Positions 1 to 13,800 of a DNA stretch of 64,000 bases are shown piece after piece (within the stretch, counting starts at the first letter, position 1; each line of letters opens with the position of its first letter). The DNA is from Octopus sinensis (lineage: Eukaryota): the NCBI RefSeq assembly GCF_006345805.1, contig NC_043006.1:78120001-78184000 (forward strand). Direction: 5' to 3'. The notes under the pieces are model-generated. The model ran no database searches and was not told the origin of the DNA. It saw nothing but the letters and a program-made list of their open reading frames with translations. A program made the translations under genes and the position numbers.

Positions 1-190
1 TTATTATTATGATTTATATATTAATAAGGTGTGGGTCGGAGAAAGCAGACAGGGGAAGCAGTTGCGTGACAAACTGAAATATATATCAGTATTATAATGC
101 TTACATTCTGAATTCTAATCCTAAGAGCATCAAGATAAGGAGTCATTCATAATTGTACATATCATTTTAGTAAATATAGATATGTGTGAT

Positions 191-226
<36 letters not shown>

Positions 227-550
227 GTGTGTGATTACGCACGTACGCGCATGTGTGTGTAGTCGGTCAGACCGAAAAAAGCCCAGTGTAATTATTGTTT
301 TCTTTTTTGAGATGCAATATTTTATGTAATTGTTGGTTATGCTTTGTCACTCACTTGACTGCGTCCATACTGGGGTACCGCCCTGAGGGGTTGTAGTCGA
401 ACAAATCGAACCGCAGGACTTAATTTTTAAAACCTCGTACAACTTATTTTATCGGTCTCTTTTGCCGAACCACTATGTCACGGGGAAGTAAACACACCAA
501 CACCGGTTGTCGAGTGGTGGTGTTGGGCAAACACAGACGCAAAGAAACGC

Positions 551-630
<80 letters not shown>

Positions 631-643
631 ATATATTATATAT

Positions 644-1020
644 ACGACAAAACGCCCCCGTCCAATGGACGGTACTGAGGTGTCAAACATTTAAACTAAA
701 TTTTCTCAAAACAACTTGTCCGATCGTCCCATAGGCCTCCCCTTTGAGAAACGGTGATTTAACCTAAATTTGAGACACCACCAAAGGTAGAAATAAAGAT
801 AGACTTTTTTTCTATTCCAAAGAAAAACCATTTTCCACGGCTTTATCGATCGCATTCTCACCAGGAATCGATTTTTGTAATTTTTTCAAGACTTATACAC
901 GCCCTGATACCGTCGGTATCTACATATCAAAGTTGAGCGCAATCAGATGGAGGATGCCCGAGATCCTAGAAGACACACACACACACACATACACACACAC
1001 AGAACGGATTTTATATAAGA
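644..1020 (-). mobile_element. Non-autonomous Helitron-like element
   Basis: 5' TC-TTATATAAAATCC + (GT)n; 3' hairpin CCGTCC-ATT-GGACGG near the end; homologous to 28708-29314. Confidence 0.55.
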
Positions 1021-1041
1021 TATATATATATATATATATAT

Positions 1042-1088
<47 letters not shown>

Positions 1089-1195
1089 CATAGACAAATA
1101 GATACAAGCATGTATAATGTGAATATATACATATATATGTACATATAATGCACACGCACTTGCGCGCACACTCACAAATATATATATATATACAT

Positions 1196-1241
<46 letters not shown>

Positions 1242-1260
1242 ATATATATATATATATATA

Positions 1261-1799
1261 GGAAGAGAAGAAGTTGAGAATGCAGTGAGAATAGTTAAAA
1301 TTTTTATTGATATATTTAAAGCTCTAACCGGTTCCACAGTTTACACTGATTTTCAAAAGTTGAAATAGAAAAGAATTGAAAGACGTGGCGTATGTCACAG
1401 TTGTCTCGCTTCTCACTGTAGTTTGAAGCTTGCCCTATTTTTATCAGGAGTCCATGGTTCAAATTAGCATATGTTTTGAATAGGATTTGTTTGGTCACTT
1501 GACACTAAGACACAGACGTAGCCAGGAACCGATAGAATTTTCTAAGACCAGTCATGTCACTATCCTTTACCAATCAAATCCTATTCAAAACTTAACTAAT
1601 TTAAGCCATGAACTCCCTATAAAAGTAGGGCAAGCTTCAAATACTAGCCAGAATCAAGACATCCACAACATAAGCCACGTCTTTCTATTTCAACCTTTTG
1701 AAAATCAGTGTAAACTGTGAAACCGGTTAAAGCTTTAAATGTATAAATAAAAAATATTTTAACTATACTCAGTGCATATTCAACTTCTATTTTTCTACC
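1261..1799. mobile_element. Foldback MITE-like element
   Basis: Outer inverted arms about 1261-1390/1675-1799 and inner arms about 1425-1490/1572-1640; no TSD recognisable. Confidence 0.65.
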
Positions 1800-1827
1800 T
1801 GTGTGGAATAAAATAACTTTGTTGTCT

Positions 1828-1878
<51 letters not shown>

Positions 1879-2329
1879 ATATATATATTCGAGCGTTTCA
1901 TCAGAAATACTACTTGATATTGGTCCAGTATTACTTCATACCACAGGTTCCTTGATATTTTCTATCAGCTTCTTGCTGTTTTTTGAACAATAGATTCCCG
2001 AAATCAGAGCTTAAACTTCGATTTTGTGTGGACTTTTCCGACAAAGGTCTCTTTTTCGCTTCCACTTCAGCAGTTGATATTTTTTTTTGTTTTGTTTTGC
2101 TGTCCAATTTTTTGTTATCGTTTGGCTTTTCAGGTCAGTAGCCTCATGTTACCCTTTTGACGTGTATTTTGTTAAAATTCTGAAGCTACATAGGAATTTC
2201 ATCCTATTTTCCTGTGTCTAACTTTGTTTTGTAGTGTGTAGTATAGTGTTAAGCAATCGACTCTTGCTCTAAATGCATGGTGAGCCTCTGAGAATGTGTG
2301 GTACATCTATGCCAAGTATAACAGACAGA

Positions 2330-2720
2330 TTCTTGAAACTGATAATATATATAATGGAATAATTACTTTGAAGCATTGTATAGAACATATCGTATAAAAG
2401 ATCGTGGGTAAGGCCAAAACAACACGAAGTAAATGCAAGGTAAATATCAAGAAAACAAATATGTGAATTAATGTAGATTACCTTGTTTTCAATATTTCGG
2501 GATTATGACCCCATTTTCAAACAATTGACGAATGCTGCCGATGTGCGTATATGTGAGCGTGTGTGAAGTAGACATGCGCAGAAGGGTGTTGTTATAGCAA
2601 CCAGCTTGCTTCCTTAACTCCCTTCTGTTACTGATCTTGGGTTTCTTTTGGTGTACGAGGATAACCTCAGAGATTCTAAGGTTATCCCTGTTCCGCTGTG
2701 TTGCCTTGATGTGCACTGTG
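2330..2720 (-). mobile_element. Penelope-like 3' fragment with degenerate hammerhead in its pseudo-LTR
   Basis: IKATQRNRDNLRISEVILVHQKKPKISNRREL resembles PLE endonuclease C-termini. It is followed by TTGAAAA-T-GGG..CCC-GAAATATT (2521-2491). Confidence 0.55.
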
Positions 2721-3314
2721 AACTCCCGGGTCTGGCACACACACACACACGCACACGCGCGCATACACAGACACACACAGACACACACACACACACACAA
2801 ACAGTGGTTGTTTCAGAAATACAGTAAATTATACAATTTTTATTGCTTGGCCCGTAACAATTTGTTTATAAATATTTTAAATATCGTCTATGCTGTTTCG
2901 TTATGAATGCATTTTGACAGATATTTGTAACATGTGAGAATATTGCTCACCCTAAAATGACAAATATGTCAGTTATTTTGTTCACTTGTCTACGAGAACA
3001 TAGTTACATTGTCAAGGGTCATTGTGGTGGTTGGCACTCTGAATAGCACGGCATTAGACAACTATCCTCGAATTCCTGAACTGTAGCAAACAAGTAGAAG
3101 TCTACAGCCGAAGAGGTGTGAATGAATGCATATGCAGTGGGGAGGCGGATGAATTCTATAATAATGTGCTTGGAGGAGTAACAATAGTGAGAGGAAGAAA
3201 CAATACGTACAATGTAAAGCACAACTAAATCCTGTTCTTAGCCAGCTTGATGTAATACTGACGGGACTTATGACATATCTTGTACCTACCTATTTACCTG
3301 CCGACATACGTACA

Positions 3315-3438
<124 letters not shown>

Positions 3439-3949
3439 AAATGAGAAAATGGAGAAATATATCTAAATCAATCATCAACTATCAGATAATACCGAATCAT
3501 ATACTTTATTAATAAATTCGATTGGCCTATACTTTTAAAAGTATGGGCCAATCGAATGCATCTGTGGAAATTAATACCATGCAAACAGAGGAATTTGACT
3601 GATTGCATATATATGCAGATATACATTTGCCTTGAATGGTACTATGGTGGTGGTATTAACTTTATTGGCTTTTTGTGAAGTGACACATTTTAATATATTG
3701 AACTGTTTAATATATGCCTGCATTGAGTGTGAGTGTGTCTGTTGTGGTTTCTTGATGCTGGTTGAGGAGCTGTGGCGTTCAATATGGAACATTATTGTGT
3801 TTGTTGATGTATATTGATTTATATTGTTTATATTGTATTATTGTGTATATGTATATGTATATATATGTAAGAATATGAGTATGTATGCACTCATATTTAT
3901 ATTTATATGTAAATTATTTTAGGGTTTGTACTCATACTTGCATTAGAAT

Positions 3950-4058
3950 CTCCGATGAGGCCGTAAGATATTCTTGTTAATGTCTCATTTATACCTGCAA
4001 TATATGGCTAATAGGTTAAATGAGACATACCTATCTTCATGGGCGAAACAGCTGTCAG
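3950..4058 (+). ncRNA. Degenerate hammerhead with long stem II
   Basis: CCGATGA-G-GCC...GGC-GAAA, palindromic ACAGCTGT, GUC. Stem II extensions AAGAT/ATCTT and ATGTCTCATTT/AAATGAGACAT. Confidence 0.55.
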
Positions 4059-4445
4059 TTATAATGTAAATGTATTTTTATATCTTGTTATATTTATTTA
4101 GTTATATCTCACCATAATGATTGTAATTATTGTACTGTATTAATGTCTAATTTCATTGCTATTGTGTAGTGTTTTAATAAAGTATATGATTCGGTATTAT
4201 CTGATAGTTGATGATTGATTTAGATATATTTCTCCATTTTCTCATTTTGTATTATTAATTTACGGTAAAAATAATTTTACCTTTGCCCACCTAATACAGT
4301 AAATGGATTAATTGCATCGCAATTTTTTAACATTTATGTATTAGCTTTGTTGGGTACTTCTCTAGCAGTATATTGGATATATGTTATCCCATGGAGGGTT
4401 GAATTTACAACCCCTTTCTCATTATATATATATATATATATATAT

Positions 4446-4603
4446 GGCTGTGTGGTATGTAGCTGGCTAACCGACCACATGGTTCCGGGTTCAGTCCCAC
4501 TGCGTGGCATCTTGGGAAAGTGTCTTCTGTTATAGCCTCGGGCCGACCAAAGCCTTGTGAGTGGATTTGGTAGACGGAAACTGAAAGAAGCCTGTCGTAC
4601 ATG

Positions 4604-4685
<82 letters not shown>

Positions 4686-4905
4686 TGTGTGTGTATGTTT
4701 GTGTGTCTGTGTTTGTCCCTCTAGCATTGCTTGACAACCGATGCTGGTGTGTTTACGTCCCGTCACTAGCGGTTCGGCAAAAGAGACCGATAGAATAAGT
4801 ACTGGGCTTACAAAGAATAAGTTCCGGGGTCGATTTGCTCGACTAAAGGCGGTGCTGCAGCATGGCCGCAGTCAAATGACTGAAACAAGTAAAAGAGTAA
4901 AAGAG
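4446..4905 (+). mobile_element. SINE family A, full-length: tRNA-like head, CCTTGGGCAAG-type body, internal (TA)n(TG)n, LINE-like 3' tail
   Basis: A/B-box-like head (TGGTATGTAG..GGTTCAGTCCC) and a tail ending in a hairpin plus AAGAGT repeats. Other copies or halves at about 345-540, 6085-6530, 18035-18425, 19335-19530, 21160-21330, 21620-21795, 32340-32512, 35385-35740, 38510-38890, 40280-40410, 41700-41830, 42235-42630, 52010-52420 and 53280-53645. Confidence 0.85.
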
Positions 4906-4921
4906 ATATATATTTATAAAC

Positions 4922-5002
<81 letters not shown>

Positions 5003-5987
5003 CAATATATTCTATTGCAAATTTGAGTGATGTTTCTCTGTCCGTTACGTTTTTACGTTCGTTAATTCCTCCTAGATCGTTGGTGCAAGAACAACGAAAC
5101 TCAAAAACCTGCAACTCCTGTAATTCCAGGTAATGTCCTAACGGGGTCTCTCTTTTAAGGGCAACCCAATTGGGGTCTCACTGCATTTTAAACTAAATAC
5201 ATGACATTGGCGATCAAATCGGAGCAATTACAATGAATTTCATACCATGAACTCACAGGGAGTATCTTAGGAGGCTCAATTTCTGAAGAGCCGCTTAAAT
5301 GGGGCCCCACTTACCCCCAGAATTGTTACAGCAGTTACCTTGCTCCTACGTTTATTGATCAAGCAATGATCAGCATCAGTGCTTAGCGCATTTGCAGAAA
5401 TAAGTTTGGGCATTCTAAATACCTTCACGTAGATTCAAATCGAGATAAAGAGTAATTTTCAAGTGTGATATTGTGGATATTAATATTTAAGAGTTATTTA
5501 TATTTTGTAACCTGAATGCCATCTAAAGAGCGGATTCAAGGCTAGAACTTAGCTGTAAGTCTTATAGGAACATGTATGGCAAACGAGAAACTAGCTGTGT
5601 GTCGATCAGCAAAGCTGGCAGAAAGCGGTCCAACATTTGATACACCACCAGACTGTTACAGAGATGGAATTCACGTTACTTGATGAATAAACAACAAGTT
5701 AATGGGACATGGGGATTAGGGACGGGTGCGAATGAGGTTCAGATATTGAGTGTAAGGGTATGTGTGTGTGGAAATATGTCGAGTAGGGAGTTTTAAATGG
5801 GGTATCACATAATTAATAAGAGGTGATACATATGCAATGAATGTGTCCGTGTCCATTACATTACACGAGGGCAAAGGGCCGCTTCACAGCCCGATAGTTG
5901 GGCCAAAGACCTCAAAGGTGCTCTTAGCAGGAGCGAAACAGAATGCCGCCCGAAGGGCGACTTCAAGGGTAGTATACATACACATGC

Positions 5988-6067
<80 letters not shown>

Positions 6068-6828
6068 TGAGAGAGAGAGAGAGAGAGGAGCAGGTATGGC
6101 TTTGTAGGCCCAGGCGTGGCTGTGTGGGAAGAATTTTGCTTCCTAGGCAGACGATACAGGATACACTCCCGCTGCGTGGTACATAATCTATAACCACGGG
6201 CATACCAAAGTCTGGTGAATGAATTTGGAAGACGGAAACTGAAAGAAGCCTGTCGTAATATGTCTGTGTGTGTATGTGTGTATGCACGAGTGTGCGCGTG
6301 AGTATGTGTGTATGTCTGTGTATATGTGTATCCGCGTTTTCCCCACCATCACCACCACCATTTAACAACTGGTGTTGGTCTGTTTACGTCTCCGAAAGGT
6401 AACGGTTCGGTAAAAAGGATCGATAAATAAGTACCAGATTTAAAATGAATTTTCCTGGGGTCGATTTGTTCGACTGAAAATCTCCCGTTGGGTTGTCCCA
6501 ACTGGCCTACTGTCAAAAACGCTTTGATACAAGAGGTCAATAGAATTTATACCAGACATAAAAAGAAAATGAAGTCCTGGGAACAATTTACTCGAGTAAA
6601 ACCCTTCGAGGTCCCAGGATAGCCGAAGGCCTTTTGTTTTAAAATGTGTTAAATACGGGAAGAGATATGAATGATTATGCGTACAGGTGGAGATTTGTGC
6701 CCCAAAAGTCAAGAATATTTTGAAAACGTGAAAAAGTTTCTTCTAATCCCAAACTCAGAACCGGGTTTATCCGCCTTCTCATGATCATCTTTATGATCGC
6801 CTCATCAGCGTTATCGTTTTCATCAACC

Positions 6829-6867
6829 TCATTGTCGTGATGGCGTCATCATCATCATAATCATCAT

Positions 6868-6905
<38 letters not shown>

Positions 6906-7119
6906 ACAGCAGCAGCAGCGTCATCATCATCGGTGTCATCATCAGCGTCATTGTCATCGGTGTCATCATCATCATCATCATCATCATCGGCAGAAGCAAT
7001 AGCAGCAGATGCTTCATCATTACCATCAGCATCATCATCATCGTCGTCGTCGTTATCATCATCATCATTATCATCATCATCATCATCACCATCACCACCA
7101 CCACCACCATCATCATCAC

Positions 7120-7184
<65 letters not shown>

Positions 7185-7300
7185 CCACCACCATCATCAT
7201 CATCATCATCATCATCCTCTCAATTGTCGACGACGGCTTCATCGCCGTCGTCATATTCGTTGTCGTTGTTGTCGTCGTCGTCGTCGTCGTCGTAATTGAT
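6829..7300. repeat. Compound trinucleotide microsatellite (CAT/CAG/CAC/CGT)
   Basis: Direct reading; it generates the poly-His/Ser/Met pseudo-ORFs. Confidence 0.95.
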
Positions 7301-7675
7301 GAATTCATGATGCTACAGATTACTTGAAGATTCAGGGCGATCCTCCCACCATTTTGTCCCAAATTTTATTTGTTGTTGTTGCTGTTGTTCTTGTTTTCCT
7401 TTTCTTCCTCTTTCTGTTTCTTCCTATTGTTGCTGTTGTTTATCTCCACTGATCAATGAGACTTATGATCGAACATGTTTCAGCTCTGAGAATATTGTCT
7501 GCTTCTCCCAACCCACCACTCTCTCCTTCCCTTTCATGATAATGCGATACTAGAACCGAATCCATCGTAACAGGCCCTAATTAAAATAATAGAGAGAGGT
7601 TCGGCTACTATTCATAATAAGTCAAATAGCCACTTGCATTTCAGCTGCTTGGCAGAAAATAAGCTACTAAACTAA

Positions 7676-8210
7676 CTTGACAGACAAGCGGGCAATCAGA
7701 CAGACAGACAGACAGAAATATGGACAGACAGTCAGACAGACAGAAAGAGGGACGGACGGATAGACAGACAGACATACATACAGACGGACGGACAGACAGG
7801 CGGACGGACGGATAGAAAGACAGACATACATACAGACGGACGGACGGACGGACGGACGGACGGACGGACAGGCAGGCAGACGGACGGACGGACAGGCAGA
7901 CAAACAGACAGACAGACAGACAAACAGACGGACAGGCAGATGGACGGACGGACAGATAGACAGGCAGACGGACAGACAGACAGACAGACAAACAGACAGA
8001 GGGACGGACGGACAGACAGACAGGCGGACGGACGGACAGAAAGACAGACAAACAGACAGACAGATAGACAGGCAGACGGATGGATGGACAGACGGACGGA
8101 CGGACAGACAGGCAGACAGACAGACAGACAGACAGACGGACAGGCAGATGGACGAACGGACAGACAGACAGAGAGGCAGACAGACAGACAGACAGACAGG
8201 CAGACAGACA
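7676..8210. repeat. Compound tetranucleotide array (GACA/GACG/GGCA/GATA)
   Basis: Direct reading. Confidence 0.95.
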
Positions 8211-8439
8211 TGTTCTAATCATATATTTGTGAGATAACTGAGCCTTCGTATTTACATTTTCATACTGCATTATTTATAAAACGTCTTAGAATAGATTAAT
8301 TAATACTTACACACATGCACCCCAACAGAGATGTAGTGATGAAAAAATATGATATATATACAGAGTCCGCCAACAAGAAGGTATAAACACTTCAGGAAAC
8401 GAGGTGTGTATACATTTTTTTGTCGGTCTCTATATGCAT

Positions 8440-8850
8440 GAACGTATGTATGTATGTATGTATGTAGTATGTATGTATGTATGTATGTATGGATGGATGT
8501 ATGTATGTATATATGTATGTATGTGTGTATGTATGTATGTGTGTATGTATATATGTATTTATGTATGTATTATGTAAGTAGTATGTATGTAAGTATGTAT
8601 ATAAGTATGTATGTATATATGTATTTATGTATGTATTATGTAAGTAGTATGTATGTAAGTATGTATATAAGTATGTATGTATGTATGTATGTATGTATGT
8701 ATTATGTATGTAAGTAGTATGTATGTAAGTAGTATGTATGTAAGTATGTATATAAGTATGTTTGTATGTATGTATGTATGTATGGATGGATGGATGGATG
8801 GATGGATGGGTAGATGGATGGATGGATGGATGGATGGATGGATGGATGTG
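8440..8850. repeat. (ATGT)n/(GGAT)n array with duplicated ~60-bp higher-order unit
   Basis: ATATGTATTTATGTATGTATTATGTAAGTAGTATG... occurs twice (about 8551 and 8617). Confidence 0.9.
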
Positions 8851-9367
8851 TATGCATGTATGTCCTGGGTATGGCATTAAACTGCATCTGGTGACGTGTT
8901 TCCACTTCGGGATTTCTGGAGTTGTGGGGAGCATTAAGTACCATTACTACAAGATCTGTTCTCACCCAGAACGGCAGTAACTGTCAGGATCCCTATATGG
9001 GTTAATTATATTTGCTTACGGAAATCATAGGAGGCAGTCCAGCACGCCGTTGGATCTCTTCATTTCTGATCTTGTCAGAGTAAAATTCATAATTCGTCAT
9101 AACTGTCTCATCATATTATGCCTGTAACTGATCTTCTTGAGCTTTACACACACACACACCACACACACACAACACACAACACACACACACACAAACACAC
9201 ATATACATACACATAGATACTAATCATTCTTCACACTCCCCTGTCCCAGAAAGCACTTTTTCTTTTTGTCCATCTACTTCTGGTCATTTCAAAAATGTAA
9301 TCACATGTGTAGAGTTGGCGATATTTTTCATCCTTCTTCCTTTTCTTTTGGACTTTTCTATTTCTTC

Positions 9368-9404
9368 TGTCTCCGAAGAAGAGCTATGCTCGAAACGTAA
9401 AACA
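9368..9404 (+). ncRNA. Degenerate minimal hammerhead
   Basis: TGTCT-CCGAAGA-A-GAGC-tat-GCTC-GAAA-CGT-A|AAACA; U4C substitution. Confidence 0.55.
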
Positions 9405-9799
9405 ACCACTCTTTCCTTCCTTAAGCGTCTCATTAATACTTTGTCTGTGTTATGTACTCGCATTATTGTTTATCCTTATGTTTTTTTCTCGGTTTTTTAA
9501 TCGACTTAATATGTATGTGCGTATTATCTATGTCTGTCTCCTATCTATGTATGTATATGTTAGAGAAAGAGATAAGGAGCGACAACAGAAAAGAGAGACG
9601 TTGGTTACAGTGTTAGAATCGTAATACAATTCAGAGACACGAATATGAACATATATTAATACAGATGAAAATTGATTGGTTGAAATCATTTAAGCAAACT
9701 CATGCGTTGTATATGCTTGTATTAAATGGCATTTATTTGGTGAAGAATAGTTGCATTATTTACTGTTTTCCAATAGATCAATCATTAGATTACTATTGA

Positions 9800-9845
<46 letters not shown>

Positions 9846-10129
9846 ATCATCAAAATCATCATCATCACAACACGGGCTTAACTGTGCAACTGGGGCTGAA
9901 CAAGAATCACAAAAGAATATTGTTCCAAGTTATTGGATTTTTCAGTGATTTCCTCGTAGACTTATACGTATTGCACCAAAATTCAATCTATCAGACATTC
10001 CTACACGTCGATTCGCACGCACACGTACGCATCCGCATACAGCAGCATATCCTCCTTTATACACATATACACACACTTACATAGACATACGTGTATCTAC
10101 TTATAAACGCACATACACACAACATATAT

Positions 10130-11010
10130 ATTTATAATTAAGTAATAAGGGTAGAAATTGATATTAATCAATTAAAACCAGTGGCGTAGAATATTTTAAA
10201 AATCCGAAGATTAAAAATTACGTTACATACAACATTAAAAGGAATGACCACTAAAGGGGACACCTAATATGCTAAACATAGACGTGAAATCGCCATTACC
10301 ACGAAAATCTCTCTTGAGAACACATTCTTCGTGATAATGGCGATTTGACATCTATGTTTAGCATATTAGGCGTCCACTTTAGTGGTCATTCCTCTTAGTT
10401 TTGTATATATAACGTGTACATTAGAACACACTAAGAATCTTCCAAATAGGAAAGCCTTGTGCTAGAAAGAGCACTAGAAAACTCAAATAGCCTCCTATTT
10501 AGAAGCCTCTTAACGTGTTCTAATGTAAACGATATTTTTATGTGAATAGTATATAGTCTATTGACTATTTCTTTTGTGCTAGGCCACTGGTAATAATAAT
10601 TTCTATAATTCTTATTACCCTAATATTATTTATTATGTTTAAATATTTTTTTAATAGATTTGTTCGAAATTTTACCGACATCCTCTCTGTCGCCGGAAAT
10701 AAACTGCATCGACGCGGTTATTTTGAAGAATTAGGATATACAGGCAACTACTTTACATGTGAATCTAGTTGTGTGTATATTTGAAATCTAAAGATCCCCT
10801 ACTGACGAAAACTAGCCTCAGTAAATATTTTTTTACTGGAATGAGTTAGAAACCATGATCTATGAACTGAATTAGATGGTAAACGTTTTTAGCTTTCAAT
10901 CTTTCGAGAATCTCTCCATAATTAGTGGTTTGAGTTTTCTACTGCTCTTTCTAGCACAAGGCTTTCCTATTTGGAAACATCTTAAAGTGTTCTTATTACC
11001 CTAATATTAT
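10130..11010. mobile_element. Complex nested inverted-repeat element (probable PLE pseudo-LTR derivative)
   Basis: Hairpin 10220-10305/10328-10415; inverted repeat about 10422-10487/10928-10993; repeated TTATTACCCTAATATTAT; internal hammerhead-like motif. Confidence 0.55.
10797..10865 (+). ncRNA. Degenerate hammerhead with extended stem II
   Basis: CCCTA-CTGACGA..AACT..CAGTAAA/TTTACTG..AGTT-A-GAAA-CCATGA-TC|TATG; near-palindromic stem III. Confidence 0.5.
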
Positions 11011-11384
11011 TTATATTATATATATATATATACACGCGCGCGCACTGAACCGCAAAAGAAAGGCGATTTTTTCAAATGTCACTTTTATGTGGTAAATTTT
11101 GAAAATTATTTCCGGAATGTAAGTGTAAATATTCCAAAACATGCTCGTTTATGGCTGAGACTCAAATTCAACTTTCTCTGAAACGAGACGCCAAAACTCA
11201 GCTGCGTTGAATGCCGTGGGTGGCAGTCGCAAACAATTGTCATAAAAACCGAAATACACGTGCATCTCGTGGAGATTATGGGTATAAAACTTAACTTGAA
11301 CCGCTTTCCTGGCATTCGTAACTTGGACGCATCAGGTATGACTCGATTGTCATAAGCGCAGAGAGAACAAACTATCGCTGCGAT

Positions 11385-12345
11385 GTATAGCGGCATCTGT
11401 TCAAGGGTCAAAGTAAACGGGCATCTTTCGGAATCATTTAGCATCACTCGCTCGGTCTGTCAAGGATTCCCACTCTCTCACCTTCTGTACGTGCTGGGAG
11501 TTGAATATTTCGCAGGGCAACCCGCGTAATCTAGGATGTGGAAGGTTCGTGTCGGCTTATGCGGACGACGCCACCGTAATAGTGTCGGACATCTCAGAAA
11601 TCGAGGTGATCGGTAATAATGTCGGACATCTCAGAAATCGAGGTGATCTACTTTAAGAGAGTACGAAGCAGTAACAGGAGCAAAAATTAATCAGGACAGC
11701 TAGGTGAGCCTGTAGCTCGGCACCTGGAGAGGCAGGTCCATACCAACCGACAGCGTGGTAGGGCGCTGGGCGGAAGGACCAGTTCAATTGATCGAGGTCT
11801 GGTATGAAACGGACTTCCAGGTGGACAAGAACTGCGAGGAGGTGACGAACAGGGTAGCCAATCTCACTCAGAAATGGGCAGAGAAGATGTCCCCGAAAGG
11901 TCGGGCGGAGGTGGCGAATGCGTATATCTACAGAATGCTAATGTCATCTACTACCGCCTGATCATCGTCCCTTGCCCTGCTTCATGGCTGACTTAGCTGG
12001 AGCGCTTGCTCTTCCGCTTTCTGAGGAAGGTTCGTGTTCCACTCGTCCAGCGATCCATCTGCTGTCGACAACCGCTGAGTGGAGGAGCAGGCATGTCGTA
12101 GCTAATTATGTGCAGACACGCACTGTGGATGCAACATCTCCAGCACTTTCTGAACGGTGATCAGGTGTGACCCCCGTTTGTCAAGCAGGATTTTCTGCAG
12201 CTCATCTCATTGACGGAGCTACTGTCCTGATCAAGCGTAGACCAAGAAAGGGCACTTGACACCTGGAGTGTCAGCAAGCACTCACAACTTTCTGCCAGTT
12301 GAGCAACGCAGTCAGTGGAAGTTCCATCATGGAGATCTACAGGGA
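11385..12345 (+). mobile_element. L1/Tx1-clade LINE RT fragment (pseudogenised)
   Basis: SRVKVNGHLSESFSITRSVCQG.PLS, AYADD (gcttatgcggacgac) and KGRAEVANAYI. A tandem duplication of about 36 bp lies at 11578-11650. Confidence 0.78.
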
Positions 12346-12587
12346 TTTGTGGCGGGCAAGAGCTGTTCCCATTTGTCTTGTGTTCGGCTCTTGTGGCTAA
12401 TAAAGAAACGGTTATTATTATCATTATTGAGTGAGAGAGCAGTGCATGCCATCAAAGTAACACTGGGGTAAAATATACGAAGCCCAGTATACCCATCATG
12501 ACTACCCGTCTGATAAGAGTACACTAGGCACATGCATCGCAACCATATGAGCGCGACATGGTGATCTCATATCAAGGTAAACAGGAC

Positions 12588-12644
<57 letters not shown>

Positions 12645-12959
12645 CATCATCAATAAAATGACGAGAAACGTTAACGCGCTGGACGTAATGCCTAGCAGTA
12701 TTTCGTCCATCGCTGCGTTCTGAGTTCAAATTCCGCCGAAATACAGAAATTCAAATTATGAACCAGGAAACACTACGTTCCTTTTCACATAAAATGATAT
12801 CATCATCACTTTTCACTTTCATGACTGATAACAAGGAAAAGGAAGAAAGGAAAAAAGAAAAGGAGAAAGAAAAAGAAAAGCAGGAGAGACAATATTTAGT
12901 CGAACAGTTTCGTGTAAATCTAATGAAATTCACTTGTCACTTTATTCATTTCTCCAGGG

Positions 12960-13744
12960 CGTGATGCAAGTAATTCACAAACATATTTTTCCTCATACAT
13001 TCTGAGAAGTGAAAGTGTTGTGGAGTCAGAATATTCTCTGAGAATGTACCCTTACAGGAATTCCGCCAAATTACAGCCGTCCAATGTTCGGCAAGTTCTG
13101 TCTAACTATTGCTAATATGTTTGACGTCATACCTATGCTCTTTGAATTTCTAATATAATTGTTCTGTTGTACAACCATCATAAATCAAGTTGTGTTTGCT
13201 GCATTCCGCTGCGTAGACCAAATGGAAAGCTTTACACGTCCCACCATCTCTATGAACCATAACACTTTTGTTATGATTTTTGTTGGAATTGACTTGAACA
13301 GGGCTTACCTCCCTTGCGGCTGTGTTTCGAGGTGCAGATTTCAAAAACTCCAATGGTTCTTTTCTTGAGTATAGAAGAAGTGGTTAATATTTCTCTTAGA
13401 TTCTTATTGCGTCTAAAGGCTACAATAGGTTGCTGAGGGTATATTTGTTTGAAACGAGATTTTTCCCGAAATATTCCGGTAACTTTCAATCAACACTTTG
13501 ATACGCCAGCGAAATTTTGGTGCCAATTAATCACTTAAGGATTACCTTGGTTACTAAAATTATGCGTGGGAGTTTGACTTCCTTTGTTAACTTTAGGTAT
13601 GACTTTTGAGATTTACTTTAATCATGATTCGCTGTAATTGCATTTGACATAATAGCGTACAAAAATATTCGTCGTACAAAAACATTCGTTGTACAAAAGA
13701 CAAATCCAATCGTCGTTTTACCACGATCATTTCACTGATCTTAC

Positions 13745-13800
<56 letters not shown>

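Noticed and set aside
3000-3260. Possible RTE endonuclease remnant (AYA..DEFY)
   Set aside because: The similarity is too short and frameshifted to support.
5100-5720. Possible decayed RT fragment (QGSILG-like codons near 5255)
   Set aside because: Only one short motif; too degraded to assign.
6829-7362. Poly-His/poly-Ser/poly-Met ORFs as a low-complexity protein exon
   Set aside because: All frames are open simply because of CAT-type repeats; there is no unique coding flank or splice context.
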